A DNA stretch of 64,000 nucleotides from Callorhinchus milii (lineage: Eukaryota), in assembly GCF_018977255.1 (NCBI RefSeq), contig NW_024704743.1, positions 61,320,001 to 61,384,000 on the forward strand, read 5' to 3'. Positions 52,198 to 64,000 of this stretch are shown here, in pieces (within the stretch, counting starts at the first letter, position 1; every line of letters begins with the position of its first letter). The notes below the pieces were generated by a model. It ran no database searches. It saw nothing but the letters and a program-made list of their open reading frames with translations, and was not told the origin of the DNA. Both the position numbers and the translations under genes were made by a program.

Positions 52198-54335
52198 CAT
52201 CTCCAAACAGTATTTAATCTCCTTTAACTCCTCCATCCCTATCCCCACCGCCACCAACCCCACCTCCATCTCCTATCGCCCCTGGAAAAAAATCTCCTCG
52301 CTGCTCTGGGTTCATCTGAATTACTCCCCCTCTGGCCTACCTCCTGCACTGATTTATCCTCCTTGCTCACTCTCCACCACAACTCCCTTTCCACCACTCT
52401 TGATGTCCTTTCTCCCTTACCTCCCAAACCGCCACCTACTCACAAACTTCATCCTGGTACGCCAGCCACTTCCGCTCCCTCAAGGGTCAGATGTGGGCTG
52501 CCGAACACACATGGCTCAAGTCTGACCTTACGGTCCATCAGCAGATCCGGCTGGACCACATCAAAACATACCGCTCTGCCCTCGCCTCTGCCAAATCATC
52601 CTTCTACTCCAAGATAATCTTGGAGGCGAAGTCCAAAATCGATGGAATCTGTTCAGCTGCCTCCGCCCTCCCAACCGCCACTCCCTCCCCATCTCCACCC
52701 CACACTCTGACCCTTATCCATCCCTCCCTCCACATTTTCGAACCTGTCTCCCCCTCTCTCATCACCACTATATGCAGCATGAAACATACCACCTGCTCAC
52801 TTGACCCCATCTCCATCCATCTCCTTATCTCCCAGCTCCACCTTCTCGGCCCTCTACTCTCCGAAGCCATCAATCTCCCCCTTCATCTGCATTCTCATGC
52901 CCCTAAAAACAGCTACAATCACCCCCATCCTGAAAAACCTCCCTGGACCCATCCCTGCTTTCTAACTACTGGCCCATCTCCAATCTATCTTTTCTTTCGA
53001 AGATTCTTGAAAGTGTTGCGTGCTCACAGCACGGAAACTGCTCTAGTCAAGATGACAAACAACATTTTGTTCATCTGTGACCAGAGCTCCCTCTGCCTCC
53101 TCGTCCTCCACGACATCTCTGCTGACTTTGATACCGTGTACCACTCCATCCTCCTCCACCGCCTCTCCTCTCACCTCAACCTTCAAGGTTCTGTCCTTGA
53201 ATGGTTCAGATCTTATCTCTCACTTTGTCTCCGCCAATCGTTTCTCTACCAGCCCTCACAGAGTCTTGTGTGGTGTTCCTCAGGGCTCTTTCCGCAGTCT
53301 CCTCCTCTTCAACCTCTACATGCTCCCCCTTGGTGACATCATCCACCGACATGGGGTCAACTTCCATATGTACGCGGATGGCACCCAACTCTATCTCTCT
53401 GCCTCCACTCTCGATTCCAGGACAACTGACTTCCTGACAGATTGTCTGTCAGACATCAAATCCTGGATGAGAGCCAACTTTCTACAGCTAAATGTCAGCA
53501 AGACTGAGGCCCTCCTGATTGGCTCGCGCCAGCACCTCAGTACCTCAGGCACTGGCAGCATCAACATCCATGGTTGCACACTCCATCTAAACAAGCCAGT
53601 CAGGAACCTGGACATCTTGTTCGACCCTCAACTGTCCTTTCTCCCCCATATCCATGCCATGACCTGCTCTGCTTTCCCCCACATCTGCAACATTGCACAA
53701 TTTGCCACTGCCTCACCGCTCAGGCCGCCAAAAAACTCTCATTACACGCATTCATCACCTTAAGACTCAACTACGGAAACTCCCTCCTTGTTGGCCTCAC
53801 CAACTCTTCCTTCCACAAGCTGCAGATCATCCAGAACTCTGCAGCTCGTGTCCTCTACCGCACCAGGATCCATGACCCCATCACCCCCACCCTCGCCCGA
53901 CTCCACATCCCTCAGAGGATAGAATTCAAAATCCTTGTCCTCACTTTCAAGGCCCTCCATGGCGTTGTCCCCTCCTACCTCTCTGACCTGCTGACTCCCT
54001 ACAAACCTGTTCACTCCACTCAGCAGTGGAGCCTACTCCAGGTCTCCCGCCTGACCCATCCTACCATCGGCGGCCGGGCTTTCAGCATCTCTGCCCCCAT
54101 CTTTGGAACTCCATCCCACAATCCCTTCGCCTTGCTCCCTCTCTTGCCTCCTTCAAGGCCCGACTCAAGACCCTCCTTTTTGACCGTGCCTTCAGCCACC
54201 CTCCTACCCTGTATGCCCTCCCTCATCCCAACCCTGTTCCACCATGCTTGCTTCTGATCCCTGACTGTTCAGCACCTTGGGATGTCCTCCCAATGTGAAA
54301 GGCGCTTTACAAATGTAATTTTGTTGCTGTTGTTT
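52198..54335 (+). mobile_element. Decayed ~2.1-kb L2 copy (RT region to 3' tail) with frameshifts and internal deletions
   Basis: ORFs 52491..53336, 53077..53763 and 53574..54257 ([28 protein letters not shown]). 3' end GAAAGGCGCTTTACAAATGTAATTTTGTTG. Confidence 0.9.
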
Positions 54336-55094
54336 TTGTAAACCATTCACAGAACTATTTGATGGGGGGAAAAAATTGTGAAAATTTGTTTCACATTGCA
54401 TTGAAGGAGTCTTCAATATAGCAGTCCAGACAGAATACTAACATAATAAACTACAAGAGATTCTCAATCTATTCAGCAAAAAGGAGCGAGCTCTGTATCC
54501 TGTCTGAGAAAAATGCTTACGGGGAATGACTGCACCCTCATAACAGAGTGTCTGTGAAGCTTTGCTGAATTGCTCAAAAATTTACAGCTTATCAAGGTAA
54601 CTCCCAAAACACTTTCAAGATCATGAACTAGATTATGGAACTATTCAATGCTCCATTCAGTACTATAAGGACAAGAATAGCAAGGTTGCGGTCAGTGCGA
54701 AAGGGGGTAATTGACTGCTAGGAACTTCAATGATTTACTCAGCATTCAACCTGGCTGGGATCCATCTTTTCGGACTCAAATGTCGCCAGTACATTGTGAA
54801 GAAGCTACACCACCAACTTCATGAAATATAAATGAAAGAGAAAAATGCAGTGAAGGACTGTGAAGAGCACAAAGAAGCTCCAAGAGACCCAGCCTGTATT
54901 AGCAGACTTCACCATATACTCTTCATTAAGATTGGGAGACAATACTTTTCTATTGAAATCTACCCATGGCTTTTGGAATAGGAGAAAATCTATAGGATTC
55001 ATAAAAGGATTTGCAATATCTTATCTCCATTTTTTACCATATAACCCATTTCCTCACATTAGACTTTGTAAGGATGTTACAAAGAAGGAGTCGA

Positions 55095-55490
55095 TACAGC
55101 CATCAAGAAAGGTTGGACAGGATGCAACTCTCCCCGCTTGAGCTGAGCCAATTGAGAGGGGACCTGTTAGAGGTGTTTAAGATGATGATTTTATGAGTTT
55201 AGGAGGAACTTCTTCATGCAGAGGGTTGTGAGAACATGAAACTCACAGCCGGAAGCTGTGGTTGAAGAAACAACAAGAACAATAAATTGCATTGATATGA
55301 CACCTTTCACATTGGGAAGATATCCCAAATAGAAAGCATCAACGTATTTTAGATAGAACTTGATGCACACATGAGGAAGAAAGGAACAGAAGGGAATAGG
55401 AGGGGCAGGGGCTTGTGTGGTGTATAAAGACTGGCACAGACTAGTTGGGCCAAATGTCATGTTTTTGTGCCATATTATTCTATGTCTCCA
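55095..55490 (+). mobile_element. Decayed CR1 3' fragment with a short nested L2 tail
   Basis: ORF 55011..55196 (YSHQERLDRMQLSPLELSQLRGDLLEVFKMM). Confidence 0.7.
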
Positions 55491-58400
55491 TGTCTGCACC
55501 TTAAAAGCAGGGATCAATTAATATGCCACAGCTGTCTTAATTGAAATGACTAGATTAATAGTTTGTCATTCATCTACTCTAGCAGGGCTATAAGGCAGCA
55601 GGATGTTTTTCAGAATTTAAATCTGTTATATATGCTTTCAGAGAGTGAAAGGAAGTTCTTTTTTTAACTCAAGGCAGGAGGCCGGTTTCAGTAATCATGT
55701 CAATGAACAAGACTGTATGATCTCTGATCATCATTGATGCCTCAGGAAAATGCTATTAATTTCAAATTATATTTCTTTCATAAATACCTTGTCAAAGCCA
55801 GGGCAAAATGCAATGGTTTAGCACAACTATATAGAATTTCCTAAAACGTAATTTACGTTAAAAAAAAGGCAACACTCTATTCGGCTCAATTAGTCCATGC
55901 CAGTGTTTATACTCTGCACACGTCTCCAACCTTCCTATTTCCCTCTCCTATACTCCTCGATCCCTTCTCCCTCATGGGTACATTATTTCTTCTTAAATAT
56001 GTTGAAATATTTTCCAGTTGACAGATTGGACAAATGTATTTTCACAATCTTCTACAAATCATTGGAAATATGAATTGCATCAAATGAACTGAAAATTGTA
56101 CAGGCAGCAGAACTATTTTCATTATTTGATTGTTTAAATAAAAAGAGTGTATTTCGCTTAAATTCAATTGCAATGTACTGCACAGTGCATGACATACATC
56201 ATCTAACCTTTAAATTAGTTTCATTATTCAAAATGAAAATATGACTATAATAGCAGAAAGGTAGCAAACAAAACACAGCTCAATTAAATATCATGCACAA
56301 AAACAATGGAGCCCAAATTGTGGTCTAATTTAGGAGATTCCTTCAGTCCCTGGATATATAGATGATGAGTTCCCCCTACCCCACCCACCCAACATTCTAA
56401 ATGTACAGCATTTGGTCATGCGTATGTCTCCCAGCTCCCACTTCACAAAACTCAGAAACAGCCAACAGATAAATGGTTAACTTCACTTCAGGGCATTAAA
56501 TTTGCTGTTCACTTCATGGCTATTTGTGGGACATTGCGTGCACCAATTGGTGGCCACCTTCGCCTATAAACTACTCAGTCTTTACACATTATAATAAATC
56601 CTGTGAAGCGATTTGAGACATCCTCCTGGTGTGAAATAGACTACAATCCAATTTACAATTATAGAGCACCTTTGACGTCCTCCCGACGGGAAAGGCGCTC
56701 TATAAATGGAATCTTGTTGTTGTTGTTGTTGTTGACATCGAGAGGATGTCTCATACTGGATTTACAGTGCTGGATGATCAACTGAGCTGGGGGTGAGAGC
56801 TGAGGAGGTTAGGGAGGGGAATGATAATCAATAGCGTGGTAAGAGAGTACATTTTGAAACATGCCCTGAACAAGGGTAAGGAGGGAACAAGTTTGAGGGG
56901 CTATTGGATGGAGTTCCAGAGCAGGGGCAAGAATGGCTCGAAAGCTTGTCTGTGGGTTGTGGGGAAGATGGGACGGGGGGGGGGGGGGGGGACAACAACA
57001 ACAATGACATGAAGCAGGCTGAGCAAAGGGAGCAGTCAGATTGATAGGATTGAAGAAGATCACAGAGGTAGGATGGGGCAAGACTGTGGATGGAGAGAAG
57101 CTATACCAAATACAATGTTTATTATATTGGCTCAAACCCATGTCCAACCTCTTTATGGCATATGTGCATTCATGCTTCAGTTTACTTCATTATACTGTGT
57201 TTTGAACCTTTTCAAAATAACATCTCACAAAATAGGCTTCACAAAAAAATCTGCCTTGAACAGGTTTTCAAAGCCTATTGCTCTCTTGCCACCGTGTCCG
57301 TGGGAACAGGACAACATCTTACTGCTTTCCCCAGTGTTTAATTTACTGTGAGTTTTACTCGAAAGCACTGCATTCAGGTAACAAAGAGTATTTTCTCTCT
57401 GCTTTCTTTTCGGAAGTTAAACAATATGTAATTACATGCAAATTTCGACCACTGAATCTTAGCTATGGTTCTGCTGTCATGGCATCAGCCTGCTCTCCTC
57501 ATAAAGAAAACAGCTTTCCCTGCACTTTTCTTTGTGGACTTGTGAACAGAGTTTGTGAGACCCCCGCTCAGAACTCCAGCTCAAAGGTGTCAGTGCATTC
57601 AGAAGGTTTACACATGGTTTCATTCAAACTGACTGCGTCCACTGAAGAGAAATTAATGAGCGCTGCTGAGTGCAAAAAGAATGAAGAAAATGTAGCAGCG
57701 CTGTGCGCTCACCAATAAATTCCCCACTCCACTGAACACCTTGTGAGACTCAGCTATTTCTAATGTAACACAATCCCATAGTTTAGATGTCAAACTGAAA
57801 GAACCAGCTCACCACTCAACAAGATGGCATAAAAGTTACACCGTTTTGCTTTGTCAATAGTCTACAAGATTGTACTTATCAATTTCATATGCATTCCAGA
57901 AAAGAAAACTGAGCACAAAAGCAGGTTCCTTACAACTGATATTTGCCTCTGTTCTGTGTTCGTGTCTGTACATGTTGTGCATGAATACTTAAAAATAATG
58001 GATATTGATTCCACATATGTACAGTCCATGTTACTAAAAACTACACAGTCATTACATTTTACTTTTTGATCTGTGAAGTGCTTTGAGACACTCTCCCAAG
58101 GTGAAAGGTGCTATATCAAATGTAAGGATTATTATTACATGTGGGTGGGTGCGGGAAGGCTGTGTAAGCAGTTTGGCTCACTTGGTAGCATTTTTGCCTG
58201 TGGGTTAAAAATAATATTAATTATAATCCTTGCGTTTGCTACAGCGCTTTATAATGTTAAATTGTCTCAAAGATCTTCGCAGAGATTTCGGTAAATAAAG
58301 GGGGAGACCTGGTGACCTCAAATATTGCCTTTTCCCAACCTGCGCCTAATACTATGTGAAATTCAGTATGCAGGAGGCTTCCTTCCAGAGAGATAGAGTG

Positions 58401-60149
58401 TGCACTTTCCATCCAGACAAAGAGGAACTTCGATGAATAGTTGGCATGCACACATGGAACTCTCAATCTGGTTTGGATACTCATAAGCACTGTAATGAGT
58501 TTCCACATGTATCAACAACAACAACAAAAAGATTACATTTGTATAGCGCCTTTCACGTCGGGAGGACATCCCAAGACGCAGGACAGTGTACAGCATTTCA
58601 GACCCGAGCTGGGATCAGGGAGGGAGAAAGGAGGGGAGGGGAAGGGGGGTGATGGATGGCATGGTCGACATCAGTAAGTATCAGAAATTATCAAAGCCTG
58701 GCTGACCAAAATAAATAAATTCGTCATTCATCTGTGGCTGTTTGCAAGACCATTCTGGTATAAATAAGTAGCCATATTTACCTAGAGACACAATGACTAC
58801 AATTAACCACGATTACCTGAGAAATGCTTGAAGACATTTCAGTGTGAAAAAGTACTATATAAATCCAAGATGTTTGATATTTCTCACTAAAGACCAAGAG
58901 TTACTTGATTATTTGAAGCTTGAATCAACCTGCCTTAACTCAATTATTAGTTTTAAACTATTTTAATTCCCAACCTCCTTCAGCTCATCTTTTATCAGGC
59001 AAACATGTAATCAACACAACAGGTTGCATTTATATACAAGAACAGCAACAGCTTGTATTTACATAGTGCCATTCACACAGAGTAGCATCACCTCACAAGT
59101 TACAATAGTCACTAGTCTTACCACTACACATTTTGAATGTAAATCTGCTGATGGAAATAAACATTGAACACACAACTTCTGTCCATGCACCAATTCCCCA
59201 ACCAGCAGCACGGAAAATACAGACATTCATCCAATATTTTGATTCGAAGAGTTGAGTAAATTCCCACCTCCTGTTACCGAGCTGTAACATGGTATATAAC
59301 TGGAGAAAAAAACTCAGAAATCTTTAAACAGAATTCATTTTATCTAAGGTGATACAACTGGACACTGATCAACTTCAACAATGAGAAAGCCGTTGCCCCA
59401 TAGCAATTCTCTTTAAGATCAAAGTAATGCATCTAACCAAGCATTGTCATGTGCTGCTTTTCACATGTGAAGATAACATTTTGAAGGCTGTTGAATGAAG
59501 TCAAGGTAACCAAGGTCATCCAAACAACCAGAGGATAAAATAGGATCAAAACAAGATAAATTCAAAGGGAATCAATCAGAAACCCAAAGAATACCAAACC
59601 GCACAGTGGAGAAAGCTGTTTATGGCCTGAGAGCAACCTCTTGACAAGAAACAAATAGGAAGTGTCCACCCACATCTACCATGCTGGAATTCAGACGAAC
59701 AGGGAATCACTTTCATGACACTTTCATTGTTTTCTGGAGAGCAAAGTGCCAGAGATCTGTGTCTTACTTTCATCACAATATCACACACCAATTTCACAAT
59801 GATGCACTTTGAGGTATTTTGTAAAACAAGCAACAAAGGTTTACCGATCAATTTTTTGATAAATTGTGTTGAATTCAAACCTCATCTCATGGTCTCCTAC
59901 TCTAGTTCATTCTTTCCTAAAACCTCAATGTGGTGAGTCTCTATTTTCCTCAGTCTTCTCTTCCATCTACAATGTCAATTATTTTAAAATCCTCATTTGG
60001 TATCATGCAACCATTCCTTGATCTATATCTATTCTTGTTCTACTGCTGCCATGTCCTGCACTTTAAGCATTAGTTGACCTAAGTTTCTCAATAGTGAAAT
60101 AAGTCTATATGCAATACAATACAATTTATGTTGATATATAGCAAAACAT

Positions 60150-60650
60150 TTACATTTATATTGTGCCTTTCATGGCAGGAGGACATCCTGAGGTGCTGGA
60201 TATTCTAGGATCTGTGCTTGAGCTCAGGGTGGGAGCTGAGAGGGGTGGGGAGAGCCAGATAACTGAAAGCATGATCAAAGAGGAAGATCTTAAGGTGAAC
60301 CTTGAGGGATGTGAGGAAAGGGGCGAGTCATAGGGACACCAAAATGGAGTGCCAGAGAGTGGGGCAGAAAGGCTCAATGTCTAATTGGCAGAGGTGGGGC
60401 AGATAAGGCAAGGGATGTAAAGTAGGCTCATGCCTGCCAGCCTTTAATGTCAGGAGCCTTTCATGTTGGGAGGACGTCTCAAAGAGCTTGGCACCTAAGC
60501 TGAGGGTATGAGCAGAAGGGAGTGGGATGTCACAAGTTGATTGAAAGCATGGACATCTTGCAACAGGACTTGAACAAGGGAGGGAACAAGTCAGAAGTAC
60601 TCTGGGATGGAGTTCCAGAGACCAGGGGCAGAATGGTTGAAAGCTTTGGA
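60150..60650 (-). mobile_element. Two tandem decayed L2 3' fragments
   Basis: GGAGTTCCAGAG-type segments and 3' stem-loop remnants (ggaggacatcc / ggaggacgtctc). Confidence 0.6.
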
Positions 60651-63600
60651 GGTTAGAAAGTGCCAGAAGCCATGGGATAAACGCCATCACATCTGATCGA
60701 GAATCTCAGAAGTTACACATTGCAACAAGGTGGGTGAACAGTCAACCATCTCCCTGTAAGTTTTTTTTCCAGTGCACAAAAAGCTAATAAACAATCAGTG
60801 AGGAGGAGAGAAAAATAAGTACTGATGAACCGAAGCATAAAAATAAATAATTCCATCAATGAGCATTAAAAAAATCATAGGTAACTAAAATCATTTTGCT
60901 CAATCAATTTCCCAAACACAATGGGCAAATCATTTATTTTATTGGTGTGGAAACATTGATAAGGAAACACATGTGGGATTGTAGATAATTGATAATTATA
61001 GGAAATTGACTTAATCTTGTAATTCACAACCAATGAAACAACAATTTTCATTTCACATCAAGAGGATTTCTCAAAGTGCTTCACATAGCTGACTGGGTCA
61101 ATGAAAGCTGAACCAAGGACAATGAAAATAATTAGTTGCAAATTGCCTATAATAATAATAATCCTTGCATTTGATACGGAATATCAAGAGAGTCTGAAAG
61201 TACTTCACAGAATATACTGTAAAGTGAATTGACTTAATATTTTGTGGCCTATCTCTTTATTAACACACATTAACGCTTTGCAAGAATTTTTATTTTACTA
61301 CCAATGTGCAGTCAACTTATGATTTATTTTCAAATAAAAAAAAGCAAAACAAAACATTGCTTTACCATCTGTGCTTGATAAATATGTGGAAAGATCTTGA
61401 GGCAAGAATAAGATTGATGTTAATGAAATTTGGAAAAGTATTTTGTTTCTAAAAGGATGTAGACACTGGGGCCTGAAATGTGGCATTCACAAAATGTTCA
61501 ATTTGTGTCTAAAATCTCCTTGATAAGGTAAGTAAGGTGAGCCCCTCCAGGAAGAGAGTGTCCTCTCCATATCAGACAATCAGAAATTTTTATGCACATG
61601 TGGAACTTTCAAGTAATTTAGATTGGGTTATCTTAAGGATAGTGATAATTTTTCACAAGTGTCAGATAATAATTTAAAAATTGCATTTGATACAGTGCCT
61701 TATCATGTCATCGAGACATATCAAAAAAGCTCACTGCAAAGTGTGTTGAATATTAACACTATATCTGGTGAATCCTATATCAAGCGCTCCGAGATTCAAT
61801 GCTTAATTGTAGGAAGTAATTTGTAAGTAAGCAGTAATTTGTCACTGCTCGCATAGTTGGAAATAAGGATAGGCTCCACTCCCCGTTCCTCAAAGCAAAA
61901 ACCATGCTGCCGATTGTTTGAATCTTTCGTGACCTATGGGCAAAACCATTCTCTCAAAGCTGGGGTGAAGGATGTAGAGCAATGATTCAAACTCAAACCT
62001 ATCATTAAAGACAGCTTTTAAGAATTATTAACATTATTAATTGGCAAATAAGTTGTAAGTTGTGTAATAATAATAACCCTTATAATAACCCTTATGTTTG
62101 GTAATAGCGCACTTCACAACAGGATGACACCTCAAAGCGCTGGACAAGATATACTGTAAAGTGGTGTGACTGTGTGTTTTGTTGACAAAGGTATATTTGC
62201 GGACTGCACAATACACTTTAGTACTGGTCCCTCATATGGTATATGGCTATATATTACATCCCATTACAATGTATAATGCTTAATATTTAAAATGAGTCAT
62301 GCAGCAGTACCTCGGTTTGAAGATGTTCACCTAGTAATTTAACCAGTGAAATCATCTTACAAATTTCATAAATTTAATTCTTCACCAGTAAAAATTCTTT
62401 CCCAGGTAAATCGGCTGAAGATTTATCACTCTATGATGCCTTCGGGTGAATGGGTTCTTTCATTCCACAGTTGTTGCTATGTAACTTTGCAGTGCATTTT
62501 GTTTCTTAAATAGAAAGGGCTTTTTCATGAGCCACAGCCTCTGTGAAATGTTTCAAAGCACAGCCATAGAGATTCTAGTGCACTTATTTGTGCCTGCTTG
62601 TAAAGAATATATTGACATTTAACCAGTATAGCAGTGTGCAAAGGGACCAGGAAAAATTGTGCTGAGACTACACACACAGTCGGGTAAGAACAAATCATTC
62701 AAGTGGTGCAGCTTTTTAAATTTTGCTGTGGTGAGAATGCAATAAATCCTGCAAGCATGTTTGAATTGATTGCATTTTAAAAGCAAAACTAAGGCTGGAT
62801 TTTGAAATGTAATTAAACAGAAGTTACAAGATTAATGATAACAACACCTTCCCCCACCTCATAGAATTAGCTTGTTTTATGCTGGGAAAGCATTTGTGTT
62901 AAACTGCATATACATGCTGTAGCAACAGTGAATATTGCCTTCAAGATCGTGTGGCCTGAAATACTCTATGTAAAATGGATGACAATGAATTTCTCTTACA
63001 TCTGAACAGGAAGGAGAGTGTTTGCAAGGTAGCCATCACCTGGCAGTCATTGTGAGTTTAATAATTTCGCAAGGTTCCTTAATGGTAGCACAGAATATTA
63101 CAGCATGGAGATAAACCATTCAGCCGAACTAGTACATGCCTGTGTTAAAAATCCCCAGGAGCCTCCACCCCGCCTAATCCCCTCTTTCATATCCCTCTAT
63201 TTCCTTCCTTACATAGTTTTGCAAAACTATTTTGAAAGATCAAGCTAAATGGATGGAGGTACAGTGTAGTTTGATTGACATTATAATAATCATAATAATA
63301 GTCCTTGCACTTGATATACAATACAATACAAAATTCATTTGTATAGCGCCTTTCAAATCGGGAGTATGTCCGAAGGCGCTGATATAGCACTTCATCACGT
63401 CTTTGCAACGTCTACGAGCGCTTTATGGGATACACTGTAAAGTGAATTGACCGTATATTTTATGAATCTTCAGTGACCTATGGGCAAAACCATTCTCACA
63501 AAATTGGGGTGAGGGTTGTGGCTGTAAAGGGTGGGTGGTTGTGATGTCTTGTCATGATGATATTCCAATACTGACCATATCCGACTAGGATCCCACAGTA

Positions 63601-63927
63601 GTATTGGAAAAGAAAAGGGAATTTCTCCTGGTGTTCTCGTCAACAATCTTCCAGATGAATGGGCTATTTATCTAGTGGCTGTTTGTGGGACCTTGCTCAC
63701 ACAAATGTCAGCTACAAAAACAATCGCTACCTTTGGCATTAGTTATTCGTGAAGCGCTTCAAGATTTCTTTTCACAAAATAAGGCAAATTCTTTCTTTAT
63801 TATGTCGGCTGGTTTGTGAGTGAAGAACCTGACCACCAGAGGCTTTATTACTTCACTATCTGAGACTCGATTACATACTGGAATATATTCAAACAAAAGA
63901 TTATTGCAGCTTTCCAATTGCTTCCAA

Positions 63928-64000
63928 TAGCCTTTGTCACCTCTCGGCTGGACTATTCTAACGCCATCCTCGCAGGCCTCCCATCCACTACCATCCACAA
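63928..64000 (+). mobile_element. Start of an L2 fragment running off the window end
   Basis: GCCTTTGTCACCTCTCGGCTGGACTATTCTAACGCC = [12 protein letters not shown]. Confidence 0.8.

Noticed and set aside
54269..54289. REST/RE1 site (TTCAGCACC...)
   Set aside because: Only the left half-site matches; the right half is poor and it is part of an L2 3' end.
45565..64000. Preceding GABBR2 exon (...FHGYAYDGIWV...NETNFFGVT)
   Set aside because: Not found by eye; it probably lies beyond the right edge.

Overview
Eukaryotic, repeat-rich vertebrate genomic DNA. The repeat landscape (L2 and CR1 LINEs, Deu-domain and tRNA-derived SINEs) suggests a cartilaginous fish, possibly a holocephalan; that is inference. 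The whole window appears to lie inside one minus-strand gene, GABBR2 (GABA-B receptor subunit 2). Six coding exons (61, 81, 151, 133, 108 and 123 nt; 657 nt = 219 codons) have canonical GT-AG sites and consistent phases. They encode the end of the extracellular domain and TM1-TM4; I did not find the flanking exons in the window. The introns hold: one apparently intact single-ORF L2-clade LINE (APE endonuclease + RT, about 1086 aa); many truncated L2 and CR1 copies; a young tRNA-Ala-headed SINE sharing the L2 3' stem-loop; older Deu-type SINEs; palindromic MITE-like elements; and a multi-copy ~0.9-kb non-coding repeat I could not classify. Most ORFs in the supplied track are retroelement fragments or spurious. 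I found no clearly new protein-coding system. The best leads are RNA-structural or regulatory: near-identical inverted L2 copies bracketing the in-frame TM4 exon, the unusual 5' leader of the intact LINE, covarying LINE/SINE 3' stem-loops, long hairpins beside exons, and the unclassified repeat family.
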